A stretch of 64,000 nt of DNA. It comes from Squalus acanthias (taxonomy: Eukaryota). The DNA lies in contig CM059452.1 in assembly GCA_030390025.1 (NCBI GenBank), positions 17,670,001-17,734,000 on the forward strand. The letters are read 5' to 3'. Below are positions 23,841 to 36,659 of this stretch, in pieces (position 1 is the first letter of the stretch; each line of letters starts with the position of its first letter). Both the position numbers and the translations under genes were made by a program. The notes under the pieces were generated by a model that was given only the letters and a program-made list of their open reading frames with translations, ran no database searches and was not told the origin of the DNA.

Positions 23841-24697
23841 AACAACCTCAAATGCACGTTCTCTTTCTCTTTATGTACCTGTAAAACATTTGATGTTATC
23901 CTACAGGTCCCTATAATTGTTTCGTACTGCACGTTGCATTTTTTAATTTCATTATTCCTTTTCACTATGTTTTATACAATACTCCCAGCTGTCAAACTTA
24001 CCATTTTCTTCGCCTTGACATAACCTTCCCGCTTTGGTTTAATCCTGGCCCTAACTGTTCTCTTTCAACATAATGTACTCATTCATTTAGAATTTCTATT
24101 TTTGGGATTGTGTACTTTTGTGTGCGCCGATCAAATTCTTGAATAAATTGAACTATTTGTTCATCGATTTACCAACTGAAATGTTCGCCCATCCTTCCGT
24201 AGTTAATGCTTTCCTCGTATCTTCACAGTGATCCATGTTTACGTGCAGAACATTTCTCTCTCTCTCTCTCAAACCTGTTATGCTCACTATTCCCAGGAAG
24301 CTTGTTTATCATCATATCGCTAAATATTTCTGGGTTATCACTCGTAAACATTCGATAAATCGCTGTCCTTTTCACTGTGCTTCTACCGACCTACAATCTA
24401 GGTGCAAAGTAATAGATTCCATTTTTGAACTATATATATCTGCTTCTTATATGTCATTAATACTCGTATGCATGCCTTCCTCTGTTAATTCATCATATTC
24501 AGCAGGCTTATTAAATGTGACAGTTAATCACATGGGAACGAATAATGAAGTACAATCTGATACTGTGGGGACGATAGGATTAATGCTGATATTGGAATAT
24601 TTAGTTCATCATTAGCACCTTAACTATATCTAAAGAATAAACTCACGTTTCCAATGAATTTGCACAGTGTCACTGTGCTATTTAAGGTCGGTATTAC

Positions 24698-24855
24698 CTT
24701 GATGACGGTTACAAATGTGCTGTACAGGATACTGAGAATAAACAGGATCACGAGAGCGATCACTGTTGCTGTAGTGCCGGCATCCTCATCTAAGTTTTCT
24801 AATCCTCCGTCCTCGACCTCGTGGTCATCTGGATCTTCACTTATTGGTGGAGTTT
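24698..24855 (-). CDS. IgNAR: IgNAR TM1 exon (acidic spacer + transmembrane helix)
   Basis: ETPPISEDPDDHEVEDGGLENLDEDAGTTATVIALVILFILSILYSTFVTVIK with the Ig CART motif (LF-LS--YST-VT). Acceptor TTCCAG in phase 1, donor AAG|GTAATA. Confidence 0.9.
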
Positions 24856-25651
24856 CTGGAATCAATAGATGGATATTGTTATAAATGTGTTCATGTTGAA
24901 AACAGAATAAACACAAAGGCTATGTAATAGCACGTAACCGGCAGACGCTCGGACATGGTGCGTTAGAAGTTGAACTGACAGAACGTGAACATGTAGTTCA
25001 TTCATTAACCAGCTCGATGTGGATGAAAGTGATTTTCAGGAGACTGAGGAGATGCTTGTTGTGTGGTGACAGTCGCGGTCAGACAGAGTACACAGGACGG
25101 AGGATTGAGTTTATACCGCACATATAACCAACCTTTTTACCTTAAAGTTCCATGCCGCTGACAAGCGCGTTTGATTAATGTATATTTTTTTCTTCTGGAA
25201 GCTAATAACAACAAAAATTAATGAAAATCTATGTAGAATAGTGAAACTCGACGCCACTCTAAACAGAAGGGTGGACTGATTACAGGATTAAATCCCTTGC
25301 GGTTCACCTGCTAAACTGATTTAAGAGATCGGCAGTAAAATGCGGACCGTGTCACATTTCGGTCTAAAGATTCAACTGCATCTGATCAGCGCAGTTTAGT
25401 TGGACTGTGGAAATACATTGATATTTAGTAACAAAAGGTTACTCGCAAATACACACAAGTTTTGTGATAGGATTTCAATCGGTTGACGTGGCACTATTTT
25501 ACATTATCATCTACACAGAGCGTCAGACCAGCCTCACTGTCATTACATCTAGCTGTGACTCACGATGCTGGCGCTCCCATACTGTTAGGTTTCGGATTAC
25601 TGACGAGATATATCACTTCTACAATTCTCTGCTTTATCGATTGTTATTAAA

Positions 25652-26385
25652 GGCCCGTAAATTGCGGTCAGCAGCGAAGCCAATGTGTTCGCCGTTGGCT
25701 CGGATGAAAGCTGCGAGAAATTTGCCTTTTTCTCCCTGCATTTGATTGCCGTGCCGTGAATAGGGGATCACAAGTGAAGCGCTGCAGCAGTGACGTCAAC
25801 AATGTGTCTGAGCAGCCAATCACATTGAAGAAATATCACAGTCAGCAAACAGGAAAAGAGAAGCTGCTTTTATCCGGACTTTTGTAAAAATGTTACAGAG
25901 ACCGAAATAAAGATTGCGAGTCTCACATGGGGATAAGGTAGAAGCTGAAATATCATGACAAATCTTTAATTTTTTAAAACGTTTTTAAAAACTTGTCATT
26001 TTTATCATAATGGAGAAATGTGACACTCCACAAATGTAAAAAAACAAACCTTTTCAGGGCCAGAACGGTTGTTTAGCAGTCAATAATCTATTAAACCCCC
26101 AGTTACACATATTCCAAAAAGGTTTAACATTTAATGTGGTGCGTAAAAGCGATATTACCGCAGAAAAGTTCATCATTTTTGTCAGTTCCACTGATTACAC
26201 TAATTGTCGGCTTTGGGGAGCTCCACAGCGCAGCCAGTGTCCGAGCAGTGAATGACTGACCACAACTTCAGCATTTCCACGTTTAGATGCGCATGCGCTA
26301 AATCCTGATTCTATGGTCAGTTTCAGAGCGGTGCTGCCCGCGAACGCTGACAGTTTGCTGTTATAACCCCCCGCAAATTGCGGGC
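25652..26385. mobile_element. MITE-like element
   Basis: Terminal inverted repeats GCCCGTAAATTGCGG / CCGCAAATTGCGGGC (13/15 match); AT-rich non-coding core. Confidence 0.6.
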
Positions 26386-26729
26386 AGACTCCCATCGCCA
26401 TAAAGCACGGGGAAAATGCACATACTGTGTTTATATAGCAGAATATTCGAGCCACCAGATGATACGCTGTGTTATTGATTCCACAAGATTTCAGAATGTG
26501 GGGGTTCTATGTGCACGGGCCTATGCTTATGTAGTTGCAAGAGAACACACTAAATAACGGCTTATTTTACCCTTGCGAAGAAAATGCAGCGCCACCATTG
26601 AGGTCAGGATCGGATCAGCTGACTCACTTAGATCTGCTTAGAATATTCTTTGTCTATGTGGCTCAGCTTCCCATTGGATAAGCAGGCCGAATCTGTGCTT
26701 AGCCCTGACCTGTGATTTAACTGATCATG

Positions 26730-27165
26730 ATAAGAAGGCATATTTCACTTCATAGATCGCCTTTCAGGGCTTCAGGAGGTCCCAAAACCATCACAGCCAA
26801 ATAGTTACTGTTTAATGTGTTTGATCAACAACTCCACAGATAATTTACCAAGAGCAAGGCCCGAAAAGCAGCATTGAGGTAAATGGGAATTTAGTATAAC
26901 AAGTAACAGAACATAGGGCCAGACTCCAGGAGAGCTTGCTGCTCCCTCAGTACTCCCATTGGATCTTTAACAGTCAACTGAACAGTTGGACGAGGCCTGG
27001 GAGAAGTTTATCATCCGGAACTGCTCACCTTTGACAACTGAGCAACCCCGTGATCGTTGCATTGGATTGTCAGCCACGATTGTGGGTCGAGGTCCTGGAG
27101 AGGAGCTTGAACTCAGAACCTTCTGATTCAGAGGCCAGGCAGCTGCCAATGAACCAAGCTGACAA
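26730..27165 (-). mobile_element. Degenerate Deu-type SINE
   Basis: Colinear with the SINE at 42565-43036. Confidence 0.6.
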
Positions 27166-27244
27166 TAAATTGATAAGAGGATACTTCCAAAGTCCAGACA
27201 TACCTTGGAAATGAAACCATTGGAAACTGCAGATTGATAGTCCA

Positions 27245-28310
27245 ATACAACAACATCAAGTTGCATTCATATAGCATATTTAACCGTGCAAATCGTCCCA
27301 AGGCGCTTCACAGGAGCGTCATCAAACATAATTTGACACCAAGCCAAATAAGGAGATATTATAGCAGATGACCAAAAGCTTGGTCAAAGAGGTAGGCTGT
27401 GAGGAGGCAGCTGAAGGCGCGCATGCCAATGGTATGTGATGGATATCAGGGATCCACAAAAGGCCAGAATTGGAGGAACACAAGGATATCTGAGGATATT
27501 AGGACTGGCGGAGCTTACAGATATACGGAGGGGCGAGGCCATGTAGGGATATGTAAACAAGGATAAGAATTCTACCACTTATGCGTTGCCGGACCAGGAG
27601 CCAATGTAGGTCAGCGATCAGATGGCTGATGTCTGAATTGGACTTGGTGCGATTTAGGAGAGGGCAGCATAGTTTTGGATGAGCTCAATCTTACAGAGGG
27701 TAAAAGATGGGAGGCCAGCCAGGAGAACATTGGAATAGTCGAGTCTGGACGTCACACAGTGTTTGAGCAGTAGGTGAGCTGCGACACGGGACACAGACAG
27801 GCGCTATTACTGAGGTGGAAGTAGGTGGTCATGGTGACGGAGTGGATATATGGTCGGAAGTTCAGATCAGGGTCAGTTATGATTCCAAGGATGCAAACAG
27901 TCTGGCTCAGCCTCATAAAATTGTAGTAAAAGGGAGTAGGATGGAGTCGGTGGCTGGGAAATGGAGTTCGTGGCGCGGTTCGAAGAACATGGCTTCGGTC
28001 TTCCCAATATTTAATTAGAGGACATTTCTGCTCATCCAATTCGAGATGCCGGACAAACAGCATCACAAATCAGAGGCAGTGCAAGGATTGAGAGAGGTGA
28101 TGGTGAGGAAGAGCTGGGTGTCTTCAGCGTACATGTGGAATCTGATTTCGGATGATGTCACCGAGTGGCAGCATGTAGATGAGAAAGAGGAGGGCACCAA
28201 GGATATATCCTCTGGAGACTCCAGAGGTAACGGTGAGGGAGCCGGAAGAGAATCCCTTGCAGGAGATTCTCTGGCTACCACTAGATAAGTAAGCGTGACA
28301 CCAGGCAATC
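27245..28310 (-). mobile_element. L2-clade LINE 3' fragment
   Basis: ILGALLFLIYMLPLGDII and FHMYAEDTQL; GCTATAT-AATGCAA...GTTGTTG tail. Confidence 0.85.
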
Positions 28311-28632
28311 ACCAGTCTTGGCCATTAATTGGCGTTCTAAAGTGTGACCGGATGTTCGTCCACCTTTATTCACTCCGTTCTACAAGTAGATAGCTCATTG
28401 GCCAATTGTAAATCACAGGAGTTCCGGAAGCTGCCAAGAATGGTGAGGATTAGTGCAGTCTGATTCAAATCACCCGTAATGTCTCTAAAAAGTGAGGGAA
28501 TGGAAAAGTGCTGCACACGTCCAAGATTAGACAAGGACACCATATATATCTTGATCAAGTTGTAAATCATCATCGCGGAGATAACACACACAAAAACAAA
28601 GATTCTGGGAGACAGAAGGTTTTCATTCTGCA

Positions 28633-28638
28633 TTTATT
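28633..28638 (-). terminator. Polyadenylation signal candidate for secreted IgNAR
   Basis: AATAAA ~330 nt after the secretory stop; a second at 28365-28370. Confidence 0.6.
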
Positions 28639-28965
28639 GTAATTAGCGAAGCCACATACAGACTAAAACGCCATTTCCTATTTGTCCAATAACGTCACTG
28701 AACCCTTCAATGGATCTAAAACAATGTTGCAACTTCTTTTAAATGGTACTAAGGTTATTCATGGTTTTCTGATTCTAACCATATTTATCCCTCATTGACT
28801 GATATAGTTTCATATATTAGCAAAATATCTCAAGAATTGCTCTCTGATCTGGAGGGTGACAGTGAGGATGGATAAATTGGAGATTCGCTGCTTCAGATGC
28901 TCAAACAGTACTGAACAGAACAGCGGTAACACTTCGACAGGAATCAGCTACTCAACCACGGGGGG

Positions 28966-29348
28966 TTATGCACACGATTTAAAACTGTCGGTTAGAACAA
29001 GTGAAACATTCACTAAAGTAGGTTTACCATGAGATTTATTTATACTTCTGATTAAATTCATTTTGAGGGACGGGTGTCCCACTAAACAGGAGTAAGTGGT
29101 GCCGCTGTTCCATTCCGCCGCGGTCAGTCTCAGCCTGCTGCCAATGGAGCTGGAACCGTTTGTCTTCTCGGTGTCCGGTTGGCTCGGGTAAGCTGAATCC
29201 AAAAGGGTGTCATTGGCCATCCAAGCGATGTAAATCTCGGCAGGGTAAAATCCGGTGGCTAGACACACCAGGGTAGCCGTATTCTCAGTGTCAATCTCGT
29301 CCGCCGATGGAGGCAGGACGTAGACTTTCGGAGGATACATTTCACCAA
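28966..29348 (-). CDS. IgNAR: IgNAR C5 exon + secretory tailpiece
   Basis: VGEMYPPKVYVLPPS...LVC...W...YSCLVGH...SINKSH then GKPTLVNVSLVLTDSFKSCA* (NVS sequon, penultimate Cys). Internal donor G|GTAAA at 29028/29027 for the membrane form. Confidence 0.96.
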
Positions 29349-29704
29349 CTGCAAAGAGAAGAATATTTGTTAAACTGAGTCTCTCTCTTGTCCGATCTTC
29401 ATTTCCCATCCCCCTCTGTTAGTAATACTCCACACTTGGGCAGTTGAACTTGTTTCCTATCTGTGAGAGTTTACACATTTCTCTGCGTGGTCAGGGGTGT
29501 CTTCTTAAGTTGTGTTTTATTGTGGTCTGATGTTAGTTTGCAAAGAGTTGGAGACAATCACATGTTTAAAAATCACTGACACTGTTGGGACGCAACAATT
29601 TCAAACGGTTTATATTTTTCATGCTGGTCTTTACCCGTGTGGTGAAAGGCAGGTGATCCCAGACTATATTTCATTAACTATATGCGAGTATTATCTGTGC
29701 TTAC

Positions 29705-30025
29705 CCTTTTCTTTTCTGGTGGAGATTTTCACTGGTGTTGGCAATTCACTGTCTTCTACGAAGCAGAGATATTCAACACCACTCTCCCACTCTGCCCTGG
29801 TGACTTTCAGTTTGCTAACGATGGCGGATTTACTTCCACTCCACTCAGAAGTCCGAGTCTCGACGTCTTCCGTTCTCCGACTGCCATCCACTTGCCAGGA
29901 CACGCTGACGTTCTCTAAATCGCTGTAAACAACTTCACAAACAATGGTCGCTGTCCGTTGGGTCCAAATCTCTTCAAAGGGAGGGTTCAGTATCTTGACA
30001 GAAATGTCTACCTCATGACAATCAA
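29705..30025 (-). CDS. IgNAR: IgNAR C4 exon
   Basis: 321 nt, phase 1/1: VDCHEVDISVKILNPPFEEIWTQRTATIVCEV...SWQVDG...YLCFVED...RKEK. Extra N-terminal Cys is a candidate interchain disulfide. Confidence 0.95.
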
Positions 30026-30581
30026 CTGGAAAAAGACCGAGTGGTTATTTCAAACTGTCATGTTGAAACCACGGGTAACAACAAATGCAACACACTCACA
30101 GAGATGTTAAAAAATTCCACTTACTGTAGTAAGTTATGACTTTTCTCAGGTTATTTTTGCTTAGCTAATAAGATGGTACACCACCCTTCTGCTCTCGTTG
30201 ATTTCATCCCACTGGCTTCTTTGGATGATGTCCTCGATAATATTTCCGATCATTTATTCCACAGCTCGAGCATTGCCCTGCCTGGGATTTAATGGGGGCT
30301 AATTGCCCCCGCTCCCGGGTTGCAAATCTTCACCCATCAGACTGACTGATGCTGGAGGCCAAACGCTGCGCCTGTGGTCTGTATGTGGCGGGTTCCAATA
30401 CAGCTCATCTAAAGTGACTAAAAGTCCTCTCTATTCCAGTCCTAAAGGTTGGGTCTGAAATGAGCTTGCCCAGGCCTGACCAATGAATGGAAACGTGCCC
30501 TCAGCATCAGCACCACTCTGCAGATGTTCTGCATCATTTGACACCGATTTCGCTGTTTCACTTAGAGAGTGGAATTTTTTA

Positions 30582-31007
30582 AACATAGACATAGAAACTA
30601 GGAGCAGGAGTAGGCCATTCGGCCCGTCGAGCCTGCTCCACCATTCAATACGATCATGGCTGATCATCCAAATCCAGTACCCTGTCCCTGCTTTCTCACA
30701 CAGAATCCCCATCGAGCCTGCACCGACACATATCCCACCCTATCCCCGTAACCCCACGTATTTAATTCCCCCTAACATATCCCATCCTATCCCCATAACC
30801 CCACATATTTAATCCCCCCCTAACACTAAGGGTCTATTTATCATAGCCAAATCAACCTAACCCGCACATTTTTGGACTGTGGGAGGAAACCGGAGCACCC
30901 GGAGGAAACCCACGCAGACACGGGGAGAATGTGCAAACTCCACACAGACAGTCACCCGAGGCCAGATTCGAACCCGGGTCCCTGGCGCTGTGAGGCACCA
31001 GTGCTAA
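30582..31007 (-). mobile_element. V-SINE (HE1-like), slightly 5'-truncated, near-identical to 22784-23220
   Basis: Same head, V-domain, internal duplication and tail in reverse orientation. Confidence 0.88.
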
Positions 31008-33484
31008 TGTGTTTAGAAATAATATAGGAACTGCCACTCAGGGCTAGGAAGGAGCGCTCTTGTGAAGGTTGAGGTTCAAGACACCATTGTTTGAAGAGTG
31101 TAAAGTGAGACAGTATATAGTTTTACCATGAGATACCTGACCGGAAGTACTCGATATTGACATTAGTGACAGTGGGAAAGTCTTCTCTAGTATCCGTACC
31201 TTGTCAACTGAAAGCGAATTACTACCAGAAATTGGAAAACATGCCTTCAGCTTTAAAGTAAAATGGCCCTCTGGATGTACAAATCGTTCCTTTATTTATG
31301 CATGACAAAACAACTAAAAGAATGAAAATTGTCCCTCTTTTTACCGACTAAAAGCTCAATGTATTACTCTAAAAATGATAGCAGCCGCCTTCATTATATT
31401 CCCCAGGACGTCAACTCTGAAATTTCCAACACCCCCAATGTGAACTAAAGTGACGTGCCAATTGCACATGTCCAACATTGTAACTTTGTTTCCTAATCTT
31501 ACAGTAAAATTCGTCCATTTCTCTCAATGATGCCAATGCTCCGTAAGGGAGTGTTGTAGAAACTGTTGCCGGACTGTTTATAATCACTTCCATTGTCTCC
31601 CCTCCCAGACTCTCATTATGAACATGTACTTTTCTACTGGGATCCCTGATTGAAATGCGTTCAGTTACCACCCCTTCATAAAACAGTGGGACATATTTCA
31701 CACTGTATGTTACAAGATCACTCCTTTTGAAGGGGTTTGGCGATATCTTCATTACCCAAGATTACCATCCTTTGGCAGTAAATCAAAATGTTAGGAGGGT
31801 GAGAATTAATGAGAATGTCAGATGACTGAGTGTAATAAAATCAATCATCTTCACAAGTTTAAACAGTAAACTGAGTTTCAACACGGATCTAATTTGAAGC
31901 AATCAACAGCAGAATATTCACGTGTAGGAAATGTGCTAATTTCAACACTGAAATCTTCACCGCAGTCTTCTAAAATAAAGACAATGGGCAACTTTACATT
32001 CATTTCCTGTCACTTTCCTTACAACTCTGTGAAGCGGCACAAGGCGCTTAAAGGTGCTCATTAAATGCCTGGTTTTATTGTTATCTGGTACAGGCCCCAC
32101 TGAGGAACGTCGCCTTGAGTATCTCTCTCAAGCGGCCATTCTTAGTGGATCCGCAGAAAGAGCCCCGTCCAGTCGTGCGCTCAGCACAGGTGCCAACACG
32201 CTGACTTCCACCAGCCCTCCTCAGATAGGAGGAAGAGAAAAGAACGGGTGTCTCCTCAGTGACCCGGATGTGCCTAGGCCACTGCAACTTCCAAAAAGCC
32301 ACTAGTTGAGATCAGTTCACTCAGCAAAGACCGGCGACGGAACACAGGGGCTGCTTTGTGCACATGGCTCGCGAATTACAGTGAACAGCTGCTTAGCAAT
32401 CGGAGGATCTCGAGTATTAAGTGTCTGTGACTGCGCCTAACAGCAGTATTGGCCCTATTGTATCCTCTCCTTTCCTCACTGCTGTATGAGATCTGTTAGT
32501 CGCCCTCTGGTACCTCAGCCAATGGAATATGCGGCGTAAGTCATCGTTCACAATGAGTATCAGCAGGCTGTTGTACCGCGAGGGCATCGCAGACAAGTCC
32601 TATCTTGTCGTCACCAGATTGATCCCCGGCGCAGTTACCATAGATCAGGAGCGGAACCAGGGGCTTTGCCACTTCACGAATCATGCGACACTGAGACCGA
32701 TTATAAGGCCCGGGACGCCACCAGGTGAGATCAACGAACTCAGCAGAAAACGGGGTTCCAACCTAAGATCCAGGGAAGTTCGAATGCCTCTCCGTCCCTC
32801 GCACGGAGGGTTATTGTGCACACATTTTGATTTGATTGAATAAAAATAAATGGAGATGGAAAAGTAATCACAGAAGCGGAGATTGTAATCATCAAAAACT
32901 GAAGGTCAAATAATAGGGTTCATAACATGAAGACATTATTTATCTCCTCCTGTGACATCTAACGCTGGCGGTGCAGAGATTTGAATACTTGAAATGTACA
33001 AAGTTACTCACATCAATTGGTTGCGCCACCTGATAACTGGCTGTTTTTGTCTTTTAATTCACTGCCTGCAACCACTCAGTGTTGTGCTAGCCTTAAATCA
33101 GGAAGTGCAGAGTGAAGCAAACACCATTCAAAGTCTAATCCCCACATAGTGTGGGACACTGTGTCTTTAGCCACTGCATATTGCTGTTTAAATACAGCCC
33201 ACGGTCACCAGGGTAACATGCAGTGAAGTTAGCAAATCCTGATCCTGTGCTCTTCTTACCATTGGTCCTCACATAGCTTGTGGCGGCGCACATATTGCGC
33301 GCTGATCATTTTATCGTCTACTCGCCGCCTGTGAGTTAAGGGCGCATTAATTAATGTCCCTACAGTTTGTTATACCCTAAACCTAGAGTAATCTGATCAC
33401 TAGGGCCTGCATTGTTCAATGTTGGCTTTAGATGTAAGTACAAAGCGCTGATTGTGTGAATGTATTTTGAGGAACTGTCCCTAC

Positions 33485-33802
33485 CTTTCGGGCTGCTGAT
33501 GGCCCCCTTCACGGTGGATTGTGAAGGTGGATGTGAGGCGGCACAGGTGTATGTTGATCCTCTCTTCCATTCCGCTAAAGGTAAAGTGAGGAGGCTCCTT
33601 GTGCTGAAGGTCTGGTCCTGTTCAAGAGCAGTGGGGGAACTGGTGACGTTCGCGCCCAAAGCAGCTCCGTCCTTCTCCCAGGAAACGGTGATGTTGTCCG
33701 GGTAGAAACCTCTTATCAAACAGGTGAGAGTAGCGGCGCTCGTACTTTGAATCTCCTCTGGCGATGGAGGCAGGAGGCGGAGCTTTGGCGTCACTGGCTC
33801 GA
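33485..33802 (-). CDS. IgNAR: IgNAR C3 exon
   Basis: 318 nt, phase 1/1: VEPVTPKLRLLPPSPEEIQSTSAATLTCLIRGFYPD...W...YTCAASH...SPK. Separated from C2 by a 75-nt intron. Confidence 0.96.
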
Positions 33803-33877
33803 CTGTAACAGAAGTTCACCCAGTGTTAGTCTCCCATCGACTTCCACTCGAAAACAAGGCTGTAGATTGTTACCCAC

Positions 33878-34180
33878 CTTTTGCCTTTCCTGTTCGTTTT
33901 GATACCGCAGTCGATGATTGACCCTCCTGTGCCGAACACGAGTATTCAACCCCGCTCTCCCACTCTTCCACGCTGCTGGTCATGCGGCCGATGGTCAGGT
34001 ACTGGGCTCCATACTTTGTAGCTGGTTCGGTCAGAACTCCTTCAGTCCTCATCTTTCCATCCACTGTCCAAGAGATCACAACCTCCGTGGGAACTGTAGA
34101 GACCACTTCACACACCAGGGTGGCAGTTTTATTGATCCAAATTTCTTCCACGGAAGGATCTCTGAGAAAAACTGCGAGCC
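33878..34180 (-). CDS. IgNAR: IgNAR C2 exon
   Basis: 303 nt, phase 1/1: GLAVFLRDPSVEEIWINKTATLVCEV...SWTVDG...YSCSAQ...GKAK; CAG acceptor, G|GTGGGT donor. Confidence 0.96.
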
Positions 34181-34388
34181 CTGTCAGTGAGAAACCAGAG
34201 GTTCAGAATCGGGGCAATATTTCAGTGTTGACGAGTTCGGACCTTTAACATGGATTTTAATTTCAGTGATAATCGAGAGCATGGCAGGATGTGATCATGT
34301 CTCTGCTGATTATTATTGAATTTAAAACCTTATTTTGGTTTTTCCACCTATGTTGAGTCGCATCCTAACTTTGTAAAACTCATCAAAA

Positions 34389-35665
34389 CTGAGAGAGCGA
34401 CAGAGAGACATAAAGAGAGGGAGAGAGATACAGAGACAGAGAGAAAAAAGACACAGAGAGACAGAGACATAGAGAGAAACAGAGAGATAGAGAGACAGAC
34501 AGAGAGACAGACAGGCAGAGAGAGAGAGAGGCAGAGAGAGAAGAACAGACAGAGACGGATATATAAAGAGAGCGAGAGAGACAAAAAGACAGAGTCAGAC
34601 AGAGAAAGGGTGAGAGGCAGAGAGAGAGAAAGAGAGATTAGAGACAGCGAGAGAGACAGAGATACATCGAGGAGGAGAGAGAGACAGAGACAGAGAGAGT
34701 GAGTCCGAGGCAGACATTGAGAGATAGGAAGTGTGATAGAGGGGGACAGAGAGACAGAGACAAAGATAGATATAGAGAGGGAGGCAGCGAGAGAGAGAAT
34801 GAATTAATTCCACAGGGTAGAAGGCATTCGGACCATCGTGTCTGGGAGATCCCTGAAAGTGCTCTCTAATTAGTCATATATCCCTGGCCCTTACCCAGGT
34901 CTTTTTAAAGAATATCTTTAAAAGAAAGATCAGCTTATTGTTGCAGGGTTTTGTGATCGTATCTGTCAGTTTAATCTAGTGACAGATNNNNNNNNNNNNN
35001 NNNNNNNNNNNNNNNNNNNNNNNNNNNNNNNNNNNNNNNNNNNNNNNNNNNNNNNNNNNNNNNNNNNNNNNNNNNNNNNNNNNNNNNNNNNNNNNNNNNN
35101 NNNNNNNNNNNNNNNNNNNNNNNNNNNNNNNNNNNNNNNNNNNNNNNNNNNNNNNNNNNNNNNNNNNNNNNNNNNNNNNNNNNNNNNNNNNNNNNNNNNN
35201 NNNNNNNNNNNTCACTCATTATCTCACTCTCTCTATCTCTCTCGCTCTGTCTTNNNNNNNNNNNNNNNNNNNNNNNNNNNNNNNNNNNNNNNNNNNNNNN
35301 NNNNNNNNNNNNNNNNNNNNNNNNNNNNNNNNNNNNNNNNNNNNNNNNNNNNNNNNNNNNNNNNNNNNNNNNNNNNNNNNNNNNNNNNNNNNNNNNNNNN
35401 NNNNNNNNNNNNNNNNNNNNNNNNNNNNNNNNNNCTCTGTCACTCTCTATCTCACTCTCTCTGTCTCTCTCGCTCTGTCTTTGTTTCGCTGACTCTCTNN
35501 NNNNNNNNNNNNNNNNNNNNNNNNNNNNNNNNNNNNNNNNNNNNNNNNNNNNNNNNNNNNNNNNNNNNNNNNNNNNNNNNNNNNNNNNNNNNNNNNNNNN
35601 NNNNNNNNNNNNNNNNNNNNNNNNNNNNNNNNNNNNNNNNNNNNNNNNNNNNNNTCCCCCTCTCA
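34389..35665. repeat. (GA)-rich then (CT)-rich imperfect microsatellites with three N gaps
   Basis: GAGA/GACA tract at 34389-34798; CT-rich islands between N runs at 34988-35654. Confidence 0.9.
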
Positions 35666-36304
35666 CCCGTTTCATTTTTGTGCCGATATCCAGCAGCAAA
35701 TACAATAAAATCTCACAAGTGTAACTAGTAATAGAACCGCACTGTTAATGTTTGATCCTCTTTGTGTAAACTCCAACCTACGCTCTGTCTTTCTGTTCTG
35801 TTTCGCCCGGATTGATTTGGTGAATGAATTCAATAGGGTCTATCACAATCCGTTATAAATTGTTTGTAATATCATCGATATTATGCTCGATGTGTTCGGT
35901 GACCGCAGCACAATATTCGTGTATGTTTCAAGACTTCTTATATCTGCTTTTTGCAACATCCACCATTCAGCGAGCGCCTTCAGGGACTTCAGCCATTGCC
36001 ACTGAAACATAGAATGAGAGAATGATACAGCACAGAAGGAGGCCATTCGGCCCACCGTGCCTGTGCCGGCTCTTTGAAAGATCACCTTCAGTTACCTCGG
36101 CCATTGCCGCTGAAACAAATCCCAATATTTTGAAGGTAGCATTTCACTGCCCCTAAAATGGCACGGATCTCACTCAGGACCAGTTCAGGGAAGTTGAATC
36201 CTTATCGTTAGATTATCCAATAACATCGCAATTAATCCAATACTGATAAAGAAAGTGAGAAAGTTTCACCAGTGCAAGCTTATGAATTGGTTACATTTGC
36301 TCAC

Positions 36305-36625
36305 CTGATGTTGATCTAATTTCTTTCCGCTGGTTACTGCTGGTTGGAGAGTGGGACACTTGACAGCTGTACACTGAACCGCTGGCCCATTCCTGCAGGG
36401 GGACTTGAAGGAGGAACGTGGAGCTAAAGTCTCCGTTCGAATTTTTAGCTGGGGATGAGGTGGTAAAGCCAGACTGTATGGCGTTTCCGTTCTTCTCCCA
36501 GCTCACTCCAATGCTTTCTGGCTGGTATTCGCTGATGAGGCAAACCAGTTGCACAAAACCCTTTTCTCTCAGTTCGTCAGTTGCAGAGTAGAGGAGACTG
36601 ATGATTGGTGGTATATTTTGTGGTG
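36305..36625 (-). CDS. IgNAR: IgNAR C1 exon
   Basis: 321 nt, phase 1/1: APQNIPPIISLLYSATDELREKGFVQLVCLISEY...SWEKNG...YSCQVSH...RKEIRSTS; TAG acceptor, G|GTGAG donor. Confidence 0.96.
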
Positions 36626-36659
36626 CTAAAATTACAAAGAAAGACTTACTTCCTTCTAT

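Noticed and set aside
24624-24629. Alternative TM2 (TTCTTTAG|ATA TAG)
   Set aside because: Would need a 68-nt intron and lacks the usual Val; the 22105 acceptor fits better.
24662-24678. Palindrome CACAGTG-T-CACTGTG just after the TM1 donor, resembling a RAG signal joint
   Set aside because: Wrong orientation for a signal joint and no nonamer at 12 or 23 nt on either side.
33360-33484. C3 read-through as an alternative secretory tail
   Set aside because: No tailpiece features (no sequon or terminal Cys) and a good donor is present; there is no supporting evidence in the sequence.
34316-35728. R/E-rich, S/L-rich and X-filled ORFs
   Set aside because: Translations of microsatellite and N gaps.
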